From the IMG/VR virus record IMGVR_UViG_3300027833_000001, positions 64,001 to 128,000 of that record: 64,000 nt of DNA. The stretch is one strand, 5' to 3'. Under the pieces are notes generated by a model, which saw nothing but the letters and a program-made list of their open reading frames with translations, made no database searches and was not told where the DNA came from. Below, piece after piece: positions 17,807-27,695 of the stretch. The stretch's first letter is position 1; each line of letters begins with the position of its first letter. Source of the DNA: a virus. A program made the position numbers and the translations under genes.

Positions 17807-18870
17807 CTTATTCTGAAAAAATGTATAATACTGATATCTGGCATGATAAGTTCAAAGATATTCCAAATACGTGCGTACTAGGTTGTGAGAAAATTTTCGA
17901 ACGGGATTTGAGTGATCATGTTAGAAAAGCTATTGAGGTGTTACCCTTAACAGAAAACATAATCGTCACTTTTTTATACGAAGCATTACATTCTATACAT
18001 TGGAATGTTGTGTTTAATCTTTTGCTTGATGTGGGATACAAACGTATTTTGCTTATAGATGGAGGAGAATTGCCTCCTATTTTACTGGGAAAGCCAAGAC
18101 ACGAAAATATTCATCATTTTCCAGATAGAACATTACAAACTAGTCCTTATAGAAACAAGTTGGAACTATCTAATAGATACGGGAATAAACAATTAGTACC
18201 TGAACGAGAAAGAACAAAAGTTTTTATTAGTTTAGCAAGAATGGTTAGGGAAGAAAGAATATACTTCACAAATAAGATATTAAACGATACAGAATTATAC
18301 AATAAGGGTATAGTATCATGTGGGTGGGGAGACACAGAGCCCATGAAACTCCAGTGTATATCATTATCAGATGAAGAGATGAGTAGATTTCCTGTAACGC
18401 TTGGACATCAAAATGCCGATCAGCACGGTTACTTTGAGGAGTTCTCTACTGCTATGTTCAATGTAGTACTGGAATCTTCTATCGGTATGAATACATCACG
18501 ATACTATGATGGAGTATTTACAGATACAGATAGACTCTTTATAACAGAGAAAACAACTAAGGCATTCTATATGCACCAAATACCCATTATATTAGGAGCT
18601 CCAGGAATAGTACAACACCTAAGAAGCATGGGATATGATATGTTTGATGAGATTGTTAACCATGATTACGATAACGAAGATAATATTTTCAAACGATGTG
18701 ATATGATATTTGCCGAATTGAAACGACTATCTTCAATACCACTAAACCAATTAAACAATATGTTGACGATACAATCAACTTTACCCGATAGATTTCATCA
18801 CAATCGATCTTTATTGCACCAGTATGCTGAAGATAAAGTAATTTTAGATTGGATCGATAATAACTTTTAA
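17803..18870 (+). CDS. Putative glycosyltransferase-like protein ('TEKT' family) inserted between gp4 and gp2
   Basis: FNVVLES..FITEKTTKAF..QIPI..G..LRSMGYDMFDEIVNHDYD. Confidence 0.55.
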   Translation: MTYSEKMYNTDIWHDKFKDIPNTCVLGCEKIFERDLSDHVRKAIEVLPLTENIIVTFLYEALHSIHWNVVFNLLLDVGYKRILLIDGGELPPILLGKPRHENIHHFPDRTLQTSPYRNKLELSNRYGNKQLVPERERTKVFISLARMVREERIYFTNKILNDTELYNKGIVSCGWGDTEPMKLQCISLSDEEMSRFPVTLGHQNADQHGYFEEFSTAMFNVVLESSIGMNTSRYYDGVFTDTDRLFITEKTTKAFYMHQIPIILGAPGIVQHLRSMGYDMFDEIVNHDYDNEDNIFKRCDMIFAELKRLSSIPLNQLNNMLTIQSTLPDRFHHNRSLLHQYAEDKVILDWIDNNF

Positions 18871-18874
18871 TGAG

Positions 18875-18882
18875 TATAAATA
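18875..18882 (+). promoter_or_regulatory. T4 late promoter
   Basis: TATAAATA, 6 nt before the gp2 ATG. Confidence 0.8.
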
Positions 18883-18888
18883 CTATAT

Positions 18889-19461
18889 ATGCCTAATCCA
18901 TTTGAAAAGATACGAGCAAATTCCAACGACCAGCAAAAAAGTTTTGACTGGTACATGAGACAGGTACGCGAAGTAGCCAAAAGAATTAGTTCGCCTAGTA
19001 AAGTATTGAACTCTGAAATAGGAGAACTCACACAGAAGCTAGATATGGGAAGTATGTATTTGTTTAAGTATGATGCTAAACATAAAGATACATTACCATA
19101 CTACGATGGTTTCCCATTGTGTCTTCCTATAGAACCAGCACCGGGTGGATTTTACGGAATGAATTTACATTATTTGCCCCATGGTCTTAGAGCGCAATTG
19201 TTAGGAAAGTTATTGGAAACGGCTGATAACTCTGCCCTATCATCGGACACTAAAATGGCATACAATTGGGATATGTTAAAGAATGCATCTAGATTCGCTG
19301 AAGTTAAACCTTGTGTCAAACGATATTTAACGGTACAAATGCAATCTAGATTTTTGAAGATTAATCCACAAGACTGGAAAGCCGCAATATTCTTACCAGT
19401 AGAAAACTTCAAGGGTGCATCGAAAGCACAAGTGTACACAGATTCTAGGGAAATGATTTAA
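18889..19461 (+). CDS. gp2: DNA end protector gp2
   Basis: G.MYLF.YDAKHKDTLPYYD.FPL, GF.G.NLHYL, KPCVKRYL, W..AIFLP.E.F. Confidence 0.92.
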   Translation: MPNPFEKIRANSNDQQKSFDWYMRQVREVAKRISSPSKVLNSEIGELTQKLDMGSMYLFKYDAKHKDTLPYYDGFPLCLPIEPAPGGFYGMNLHYLPHGLRAQLLGKLLETADNSALSSDTKMAYNWDMLKNASRFAEVKPCVKRYLTVQMQSRFLKINPQDWKAAIFLPVENFKGASKAQVYTDSREMI

Positions 19462-20705
19462 TGACAACTGTATCAGATAAAATGGCTTCAAAAGGAACTG
19501 GGAAGTTAGTACTTTCATATCCGCATGAAGTAGATAATCCACAAAACACAGAAGACCCAATGTATGTACATTCGGTTATATTCCAAATTCTTGTTAGAGA
19601 GAAATCTCCTAGCCGGTCTGGTAGTACAGCGGGTGGACAGGCAATAGAAGTTTCAAACGGATCAGACAATCTTCCAATAGAATCAAATATGATTCAAAAC
19701 CAAGCCATTGTAGTCGCAGGGGCAGCGGCTATTGCGGCAGCAGGATCTAATCCCGGAACAACCGTGGCTGTTGGCGCAGGTGCCGCAATAGCCGGCATGG
19801 TTGACAAATTATTTGGTAGTGGTGATGGAGTTCAAGCCGTTATCGACACTACGGAAAGTAAAGTTCAAGAGTTATCAAAAAAAGTTAGTGATTATGCAGG
19901 CTCGATTAATCCAATAATAAGAACTGAAAAAATAATCAAGTTATATACTCCACAATCACCACAAGAAGAATATGGTGCTGGTTGGACAGATGTTGAGTTT
20001 GGATTAGCAGGTGCTTTAGCGAAACAAGGAAATGTATTAGACACGCTTAAAGGTATGGCAAACGGTAGTAACCCAGAAGCTAGAGAACGTGGAATCAGAT
20101 TACTTACTGGTATGAGTAATATCACACAAGCCGCAGGATTTGATTTTAAATTACAAGATGCAATAGAACTGCAAACAGGCAAGATACCAAATCCATATAA
20201 ACAGCAATTGTTTAAAGGAATGAACTTTAGATCATTTGCATACACATTCAAATTTATACCTAAAAATCAAGCAGAACTTGCATCGACATATGAAATAATC
20301 AAGACATTTAGAGATCATATGCATCCAGAAAGAACTGATGATTTCTTTATTATGTATCCTTCTACTTTTGAAATTGAGTATCAGTATAGAGGCATCAGAA
20401 ATAAGTGGCTAACTAAGATAGCTGATTGTGCATTAGTAAATATGAAAGTTGATTACGGAGCGGGTGGTGCTTTAACTACTTTCCAAAACACTGGTGGTGC
20501 ACCAACAGAGATAAACATAGAAATGCAATTCAGAGAACTTGCACTTATTACAAGAGAACATTTTAATGATTGGGATCCATTGCCCGATAATATATCTCCT
20601 ACTCCAACAGAGCCAGTTGATCAGGGTGATAACCAAACAGCAGAAGATGCTAAAGAAGATCAACAAAAACAAGATGAAGGGAATATTAAGGGAGTCACAA
20701 CATAA
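19461..20705 (+). CDS. gp48: Baseplate tail-tube cap gp48
   Basis: NPYKQQLFKGMNFRSF.Y.FKF.PKN..E, YPSTFEIEY, CAL.N..VDY, FRELALITR. Confidence 0.85.
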   Translation: MTTVSDKMASKGTGKLVLSYPHEVDNPQNTEDPMYVHSVIFQILVREKSPSRSGSTAGGQAIEVSNGSDNLPIESNMIQNQAIVVAGAAAIAAAGSNPGTTVAVGAGAAIAGMVDKLFGSGDGVQAVIDTTESKVQELSKKVSDYAGSINPIIRTEKIIKLYTPQSPQEEYGAGWTDVEFGLAGALAKQGNVLDTLKGMANGSNPEARERGIRLLTGMSNITQAAGFDFKLQDAIELQTGKIPNPYKQQLFKGMNFRSFAYTFKFIPKNQAELASTYEIIKTFRDHMHPERTDDFFIMYPSTFEIEYQYRGIRNKWLTKIADCALVNMKVDYGAGGALTTFQNTGGAPTEINIEMQFRELALITREHFNDWDPLPDNISPTPTEPVDQGDNQTAEDAKEDQQKQDEGNIKGVTT

Positions 20706-21211
20706 TGTTCTTTAGACAATTTCCAATAGTAGCTATGCAGATTGATGGGCAGTTGATTAATTACCCAGACATATTTCGCAGAGTAGCTAAAAACAAATTC
20801 TTTGAAAACCAAGCATATATTGATACTTACACAGTCAATGATGGCGAGAGACCAGAACATATTGCTAATAAATTATATAATAATCCACACTATCATTGGA
20901 TAGTACTGCTTGCTAATAACATAATAAGTCTCAACACTGACTGGCCCAAAAGCAGTCAAGACTTAGAATCTATGTGCAAAGATAAGTATGGTGCTGAACA
21001 ATTGTATGGTATTCATCACTATGTTTTTGCGGCTGACAAGAATGTACAAACTGACTATGATCAAACAGCATTCAATAATGGTACTATAACATCTGTAAGT
21101 AATTATGATTACGAGGTAAAATTGAACGAAGACAAAGCAGAAATACAATTATTGAAACCAGAATATGTACAACAGTTTGTTGGTCAATTCAAACAACTTA
21201 TAAAGAAGTAA
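20705..21211 (+). CDS. gp53: Baseplate wedge protein gp53
   Basis: MFFRQFP, Y.V.DGERPEHIA.KLY, HWIVLLAN, DWP, NYDYE..LNE.K. Confidence 0.9.
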   Translation: MFFRQFPIVAMQIDGQLINYPDIFRRVAKNKFFENQAYIDTYTVNDGERPEHIANKLYNNPHYHWIVLLANNIISLNTDWPKSSQDLESMCKDKYGAEQLYGIHHYVFAADKNVQTDYDQTAFNNGTITSVSNYDYEVKLNEDKAEIQLLKPEYVQQFVGQFKQLIKK

Positions 21212-21215
21212 TTAA

Positions 21216-22625
21216 ATGGCTGATAGTATTCCAGATAGTGCGTTTGCTACTGAAATTGAAGATTTATATCTTAACTTGGCTGGTAAGGTTATTGTTGACT
21301 TACGTGAATATGTCCAAGAGATAAAAATCTATGAGAACATCAATCAAAATTGTTTGTTTGTTGAGATGATGGTATCGGATGGTGCTAATATTTTAGGAAG
21401 ACTTGACATATCTGGTAGCACTACAGCTACAATGAAGCTCAAATCACCATTCTTACAAGACAGAGAATCTTACCAAAAAACATTTTCAATTTTTTCTGTG
21501 TCAGATAGAATTGTTAAAGATGATAGAAAGCAATACTATATACTCAATCTCATTTCAATAGAAGGAATGAAAGATTTATCAACCAAGATATCACAAAGAT
21601 TTAAGGGTTCTACTGAAGAATTGGCAGCCCAAATTTATGGTGATACTATTCAAGAGCCTAGAGTCAGAGCCAAAGATGGTACATTTTCAGGTCAGACTCC
21701 ATTAACTATATTAGGAACTCCACATAAGTCTAATAATTTTTCGTTTACTGCAACTAATTGGAGTGCATTTCAATGTATGCAATTCATTGCAAAAAATACA
21801 GATCCAGCTGATCTTGATGGCAAACTTGTTATGCCAAATAGTATGTTTTTTGAGACTAGAACTGGATTTAAAGTAGGTTCTTTAACCGAACTTATTGTAG
21901 CACAGAAGAAGAAAAAAATTCTATATGATGAGTACAACTTGTTACCAGCAGGATACGAGCAACATCTAGATGGCGAAGAAAGAAAGTCATTGGGTGATTA
22001 CAGCTACTCAAGTCCTTTCGTATCATCTCAATATTGCACAGTACTTGACTGTGACATGAAGTCTTATTTCAATGAGTTGAGTAATCAGCAATCTGGATAC
22101 TATGGTAGTACCACTGTAGGTATCGATATGATAACTAGACAAAACTATCATATGGTATTCGACTACACTTCTAACTCAGAAGCTAGAAACAAAATTCCTA
22201 AAGCATATGATGATTTTATCCATCTTGCAGATGAAAGTCCTATAGATGCAAATCCTATTTTTAGTCCAGCGGCTGTGACTAATGTTAAAATTGGAGCAAC
22301 AAATTTATATGATGATTCTACTTTTGGATACAATCCAACACATTTCGAAAACTTGACATATAGAAATACTGCTAGAGCAGAGATGAATAGAATTAGTATG
22401 CGTATTACAGTGCCAGGCAAAACTGATATGGAAGTCGGTAGTTTAATTCGATTTAATTTTCCAAGCATAGGTGAGAAGAGTAAAGGTATGAGTAGAGATG
22501 AAATATTTGATCCTAAAATATCTGGCATTTGGGCAGTAACTTCGGTTACACACAGCATTACACCTTCAGAACATAAAATGACTTTAAATATTGTCAGAGA
22601 TTCATATGGGGATTCAAATGAATAA
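21216..22625 (+). CDS. Baseplate hub protein (gp27-like)
   Basis: Lies between gp53 and gp5; I.IYENI, FFETRTGF, ITVPG....VG, SG.W.VT.V.H. Confidence 0.6.
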   Translation: MADSIPDSAFATEIEDLYLNLAGKVIVDLREYVQEIKIYENINQNCLFVEMMVSDGANILGRLDISGSTTATMKLKSPFLQDRESYQKTFSIFSVSDRIVKDDRKQYYILNLISIEGMKDLSTKISQRFKGSTEELAAQIYGDTIQEPRVRAKDGTFSGQTPLTILGTPHKSNNFSFTATNWSAFQCMQFIAKNTDPADLDGKLVMPNSMFFETRTGFKVGSLTELIVAQKKKKILYDEYNLLPAGYEQHLDGEERKSLGDYSYSSPFVSSQYCTVLDCDMKSYFNELSNQQSGYYGSTTVGIDMITRQNYHMVFDYTSNSEARNKIPKAYDDFIHLADESPIDANPIFSPAAVTNVKIGATNLYDDSTFGYNPTHFENLTYRNTARAEMNRISMRITVPGKTDMEVGSLIRFNFPSIGEKSKGMSRDEIFDPKISGIWAVTSVTHSITPSEHKMTLNIVRDSYGDSNE

Positions 22626-24369
22626 TCAATTATATCCTCAGTTTACATGGTGGCAAGGAATCGTTGAAGATAGATACGATCCCGATAAACTTGGAAGATA
22701 CAAAGTTCGAATTTTTGGCTATCATACAAATGATAAAACTAATATGCCAACTGAAGATTTGCCGTGGGCTATTCCTATGCAACCAGTTACATCTGCGGCT
22801 ATATCTGGAGTAGGAACAAGTGCTAATGGTCTAGTAGAAGGAAGCGCAGTAATAGGATTCTTTGCTGATGGACCAGATGGACAGATTCCAATTCTTATGG
22901 GCAGTTGGGGATGTATGTCTTTCTTACCAGAAGACTCGGAAGGTGAAGTTGTAGGCTTTGATAGAAGTAAGTCTGGATTTTATGATCCTTCTGGCACTTA
23001 TCCTAGACAAAAAGAGATTGATACTGAGATAGGAAGTGAGACCTTTGGTCAAAAGATCGATGTTGGTAAAAACATATTAAAAGAACCAGACTCTTCTAGA
23101 CTTGCTAGAGGAGCAGAATCATCTGAACAACATTTCTCACTTCAGGTAAAGAGAGATACTAGAATTACGGGAATTGGTAAAGCATTTGCGCCAGATATGA
23201 CAATATATGATCTACACGAAACATCTATTACACATCCTGATACTGATGCAACTCCAGCACCAAAATATGGTCCTGCCGAGACTTGGGATGAGCCACACCC
23301 ACAAGGAGCATTAAAATCAGTTTCAAAATATCCACATAACAAAGTTACTGAGACAGAAAGTGGACACATATTTGAAGTTGATGATACTCCTGGTGCAGGA
23401 AGAATTCACCAGATGCACAACTCTGGTACATATGAAGAGATACAACCAGATGGCACAAGAGCCGTAAAGATTATATCTGAAGATTATGAAATCATTGTTA
23501 GTAATAAGCATCTACTTGTTAAGGGAGACTTTAATATTACAGTAGAGGGTGATTATAATCTAAATGTATTAGGAAACAAATACGAAGATATACAAGGGCA
23601 TTCTTTTGAATCTGTACGTGGTAATAAAGTTACTAAAGTTCAAGGCAATAGAGTTGAAGAGAATTTGTCTGATTACTCTGTTCTTACTGTAAAAAATAAA
23701 TGGGAAACTGTACAATGTGATAAAGGACAAGGACAATACTCTACGCGGGTTGGTGGAAAATTCATCGAAGCAATTGGCAAAGAAACTACTATAACATATG
23801 GACAAGGTATTAATACCGTAGTTAGCGGAGACTATAAACTAACGACAGTACCATCATTTGGTGTCGAAGTTACTGAAGAGGGAATAAAACCCGTAATCAC
23901 TTATGGAGACTTCATAGTATTTACTACAGGTGATGTAACTCTTGGAACACAACTAACACCAAACTTGAACGGTACATTCCCAACAGTATCACTACAGTCT
24001 GCCTATATTAATACAATGGGAACTATGGGTCACTTAGAAGCGATTGGTATAGTGCCTGTTGTTCCACCAGCACCAGGACAGATAGTAGGTAAACGTATTA
24101 TGAATTCTGTCATTGCCGCTGATGGAACGTCATACGATGAGAAAATTATGCTTGGTAATGTGAAGAGGACTGTGGCAGTTGGTAATGTAGTTGATACAGT
24201 CGCAGTTGGATCATATACGATTAATGCTACATTGTCATTACTTGTGAACTCTCCAAACTTTACCACCTCAATACTTGGCACCTCAATAGTTGGCACTACA
24301 GCCGGTATTTCCATCGCCGCTGGTACCGGGGCACTGGTTCTTACCGCGGCAACAATTAGTCTTAACTAG
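22618..24369 (+). CDS. gp5: Baseplate hub spike gp5 (OB fold plus beta-helix, no lysozyme domain)
   Basis: WWQGIVEDR.DP..LGR.KVR..GYH, LPWA, GFFADG, YPHNKV.ETESGH..E.DDTPG..RIH..H.SGT, then beta-helix repeats. Confidence 0.92.
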   Translation: MNNQLYPQFTWWQGIVEDRYDPDKLGRYKVRIFGYHTNDKTNMPTEDLPWAIPMQPVTSAAISGVGTSANGLVEGSAVIGFFADGPDGQIPILMGSWGCMSFLPEDSEGEVVGFDRSKSGFYDPSGTYPRQKEIDTEIGSETFGQKIDVGKNILKEPDSSRLARGAESSEQHFSLQVKRDTRITGIGKAFAPDMTIYDLHETSITHPDTDATPAPKYGPAETWDEPHPQGALKSVSKYPHNKVTETESGHIFEVDDTPGAGRIHQMHNSGTYEEIQPDGTRAVKIISEDYEIIVSNKHLLVKGDFNITVEGDYNLNVLGNKYEDIQGHSFESVRGNKVTKVQGNRVEENLSDYSVLTVKNKWETVQCDKGQGQYSTRVGGKFIEAIGKETTITYGQGINTVVSGDYKLTTVPSFGVEVTEEGIKPVITYGDFIVFTTGDVTLGTQLTPNLNGTFPTVSLQSAYINTMGTMGHLEAIGIVPVVPPAPGQIVGKRIMNSVIAADGTSYDEKIMLGNVKRTVAVGNVVDTVAVGSYTINATLSLLVNSPNFTTSILGTSIVGTTAGISIAAGTGALVLTAATISLN

Positions 24370-24380
24370 GGAATAAAGAA

Positions 24381-25025
24381 ATGGCAGATTGTCAAATAGG
24401 AGCATTAGGAGAATTAGCTGACAAGCTAGACGAAGGCTTCTCCGTTATTCAGGACAAACTTCAAGCTGTTCAGAATAAGATTAATGCTTTTCCTGGAATG
24501 ATTAATGCCGAGTTGGCTGCAACTTATGCAGAAGTGCAGTTGGCTTTGCATACGCAGTTCCCACAAATCACAAGTTTAGCAGATATAAAGAACGCATTAC
24601 CAGAAGAAATAAAAAATATTGTTGGTCTTGCTCAGGATGCACTTGCATTTGCAACTGAAGTAGAAAGACTTAAAGAAAAATATGAAGATGCTGATCTGGA
24701 CTTATTAAAAGATCCACAAAATATAACCAATCTCTTGAGAGACATACAGGGAGATTTAAACAGACTATGTGATCTAGTGCCTACATATGTAGAAGTTACC
24801 GATCCAGAAACTGGTGAGACTAAAAGTGAATTACGTGGTAGAGGCAATTCAGAGATAGAACTTAGGTCTAGACCAAACATTGAAGCGAAGTCATTGTTTA
24901 CAAAAGAAGGCAGAAAACTAGCAGTTAAGCAAGTCACGGAGAGTTTGAAAGGTATCCGAGCAACATATGTTGACGAAGGTACAGGAAATATCTCTAATGA
25001 GGGTGAAAACCGCTATGGATGGTAA
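24381..25025 (+). CDS. Hypothetical helical protein between gp5 and gp25
   Basis: 214-aa ORF, coiled-coil-like. Confidence 0.6.
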   Translation: MADCQIGALGELADKLDEGFSVIQDKLQAVQNKINAFPGMINAELAATYAEVQLALHTQFPQITSLADIKNALPEEIKNIVGLAQDALAFATEVERLKEKYEDADLDLLKDPQNITNLLRDIQGDLNRLCDLVPTYVEVTDPETGETKSELRGRGNSEIELRSRPNIEAKSLFTKEGRKLAVKQVTESLKGIRATYVDEGTGNISNEGENRYGW

Positions 25026-25033
25026 CAAGGAGT

Positions 25034-25041
25034 TATAAATA
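25034..25041 (+). promoter_or_regulatory. T4 late promoter
   Basis: TATAAATA, 5 nt before the gp25 ATG. Confidence 0.8.
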
Positions 25042-25046
25042 GAACT

Positions 25047-25442
25047 ATGAGAAAAGAACCTGTAAGGCTATATAAAGACATAGATATGAAGTTCACAAAG
25101 AACTTTATTTCCAACGACATTGGCAAAAAATATGATGCCCATGCCGTCAGACAGGCAATGAAGAATATCATCTATACAAACCTCAATGAAAGACCATTTG
25201 ATCCTGCATGGGGATCTCAGATACGCCAGTTGATGTTTGAGCCAATAGATGATACTACTGGCAACGCATTAGAAAAATTAGTCAAACAGGCTATTGTAAA
25301 CCACGAACCCAGAGTCAATGTTGACCGAGTTCATGTAATAGCAAAGTTTGATTCGAATGAATATGAAGTCTATGTGTACTATTATATTTTAGGTATTACA
25401 GACTTACAAGAAATGAATTTAGTTCTATCGAGGTTACGATAA
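25047..25442 (+). CDS. gp25: Baseplate wedge gp25
   Basis: YKDID..F, AVRQA.KNI..T...ERPF.P..GS, L.FEP, EPRV. Confidence 0.92.
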   Translation: MRKEPVRLYKDIDMKFTKNFISNDIGKKYDAHAVRQAMKNIIYTNLNERPFDPAWGSQIRQLMFEPIDDTTGNALEKLVKQAIVNHEPRVNVDRVHVIAKFDSNEYEVYVYYYILGITDLQEMNLVLSRLR

Positions 25443-25753
25443 TGCCTAGTGTACTAGTTGGACCTGCAACCGCTGGCGCAGACACTGCCCATGCGACTCC
25501 ATTTGGAGTTGGCAATGTCACACTAGCCAACGTGACTGTCAAAGCTGGAGCAACTTATATAGTATGTGTTGGGGATGTCGTGGCACCACACAGCGGAACT
25601 TCCTCAACTCCGCACGTGGCACCACTTACAGTAAGTACAGGATCTAGTACGGTAAAAATAAATGGGAGAGCCGTGGCTATGGTAGGTTCAGTGGCTTCAT
25701 GTGGGGGAATTGTCACTACAACTCCTTACCCTACTGTCATAATTGGCGCATAA
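25442..25753 (+). CDS. PAAR-like spike tip protein (gp5.4-like)
   Basis: GD...PH...PH, GSSTVKING.AVA.VG..ASCG, TV.IG. Confidence 0.75.
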   Translation: MPSVLVGPATAGADTAHATPFGVGNVTLANVTVKAGATYIVCVGDVVAPHSGTSSTPHVAPLTVSTGSSTVKINGRAVAMVGSVASCGGIVTTTPYPTVIIGA

Positions 25754-25781
25754 ATAAAGATAACGAGAGAAGAGAAAAAAC

Positions 25782-27695
25782 ATGGCAATCAAAAACGTCA
25801 CAAATTTAGACTTTGAAGAAGTTAAAGCAAATCTAAAGTCACACTTACAGGCTCAGGATGAATTTTCTGATTATAATTTCGATGCATCTGGCTTGTCCGT
25901 GTTAGTTGATCTTCTTGCATACAATACACATTACAATGCGGTAATGGCACATTTGGTTGCTAATGAATCATTCATTGATTCCGCTGTTAAAAGAAATTCC
26001 GTTGTTTCAATTGCAAAGACTATGGGATACACTCCTAGATCAGCAAGGTCTGCAAGAGCAACCATCGATCTTACTATTACTCCCGATTCATCTTATTCTT
26101 CATCTACTCTATTCATTTCAAGATTAGCGACATTTACCGCTTCTGTAAATGGCAAATCTTATTCTTTCTTGCCTGCATCTGATACTACAATTACTAAAAC
26201 TTTTAATGCCGCTGGTGTAGGGCAGTTTATTGCAACAGGGCTTGAAATAGTTGAAGGTAGACTAACATCAACATCTGAAGTGATATCTACCAACAACAGA
26301 CAAGGTCCTGTGTTGTTACCAAACGATAACGTAGATACTACCACTATTAAAGTTACAGTCAAAGAGAATACAAATAGCAGTGTTACAACTGCATACTCTT
26401 TTTCTGATAACATTCTAGACGTAACGAGTACATCAAAAGTATTCTATATCGAAGAATCTACTTCTGGAAAATACGAGATTTATTTCGGTGATGGAGTTTT
26501 AGGTAAGAAGTTAGACGTAGGAAATATTGTTCAAGTAGAGTATGTTGTTTGTGCTGGTACCGCTCCAAATGGTGCTAGAGCGTTTAAAAATTCAGTAAAC
26601 TTTACGGGCGCGGCTGAGACTGTAACTGGTACGGTTTCATCTAATGCTGGTGGTGGTGCTGTTAGAGAAGATGTTGAGAGCATTCGATTTACTGCTCCAA
26701 GATTTAATGCTGTTAAAAACAGAATCGTAACAAAGACAGATTACGAAACAGTTATTAAAGCGGCTAATCCAAATATTAAATCCGTTACTGCTTGGGGTGG
26801 TGAAGATAACGATCCTCCAATCTACGGAAGAGTATTCGTATCTTTACAACCTGAAAGTGGATTTACTATAACACAATCAGAAAAAGCGACATTATTAAAT
26901 GACGTTATTTCTCTAAAACAACCTATTACAATGTCAACTCAGTTTGTTGATCCAGAATTTACTCATGTTGGATTAAACATTTCGGCAACGTATGATCCAA
27001 AATTAACAACACAAACTCCATCTGCATTACAAGCACTGATTACAGCGGAAGTAGAAACTTACTTTAACGGTACATTGAATGCATTGAAGAAAAACTTTTA
27101 CTATTCTTTTATTACAAATAGAATTAATAATGTTTCTAAAGCTATTATAGGAAACAATATTGAGTTGCGCCTTCAAAAACGATTAGTTCCTGCATTGAAT
27201 GTTGCAACTAGATATGAACCTAAGTTCAACAATAAGATTCTTCCAAACTCAATTAGAACAAACTATTTTAATGTTGTTATTAATGGCATAACATATTCAA
27301 AAGTTAGTATAACTGATACTCCAGACGCAGATGTGATAGCACCAGTGTACTCTGGTAAAGGTATACTTAAACTTACTGATGTACAATCATCAACTGTTTT
27401 ATTAGAATCACTAGGAACAATCGACTATGATACTGGTGCTCTTGATATACCAGCAATGTCAGTCGCTTCAGTTTCTGGTACAGTAACAGATATCAGAGTA
27501 AGCGCAACTCCTCACGAAGGGTCAAAAAACATATCTACTGACGTTTTGATTAGAACATCTGAAGAACAAAAGTTTGCGATTACTCCTTTACCTGCTAGAA
27601 ATGTAATTTTAACACTGGATTCAAGTGCATCCGATACGATAAATAATATCAGAGCCGGAGTCAGTGTGACTATGGTACCAAGAGTAGCTGATTAA
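25782..27695 (+). CDS. gp6: Baseplate wedge gp6
   Basis: LDFEEVK.NL, DYNFD.SGLSVL.DLLAYNTHY, YEIYFGDGVLGKK, ESIRF.AP, WGGEDNDPP.YG.VF. Confidence 0.95.
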   Translation: MAIKNVTNLDFEEVKANLKSHLQAQDEFSDYNFDASGLSVLVDLLAYNTHYNAVMAHLVANESFIDSAVKRNSVVSIAKTMGYTPRSARSARATIDLTITPDSSYSSSTLFISRLATFTASVNGKSYSFLPASDTTITKTFNAAGVGQFIATGLEIVEGRLTSTSEVISTNNRQGPVLLPNDNVDTTTIKVTVKENTNSSVTTAYSFSDNILDVTSTSKVFYIEESTSGKYEIYFGDGVLGKKLDVGNIVQVEYVVCAGTAPNGARAFKNSVNFTGAAETVTGTVSSNAGGGAVREDVESIRFTAPRFNAVKNRIVTKTDYETVIKAANPNIKSVTAWGGEDNDPPIYGRVFVSLQPESGFTITQSEKATLLNDVISLKQPITMSTQFVDPEFTHVGLNISATYDPKLTTQTPSALQALITAEVETYFNGTLNALKKNFYYSFITNRINNVSKAIIGNNIELRLQKRLVPALNVATRYEPKFNNKILPNSIRTNYFNVVINGITYSKVSITDTPDADVIAPVYSGKGILKLTDVQSSTVLLESLGTIDYDTGALDIPAMSVASVSGTVTDIRVSATPHEGSKNISTDVLIRTSEEQKFAITPLPARNVILTLDSSASDTINNIRAGVSVTMVPRVAD

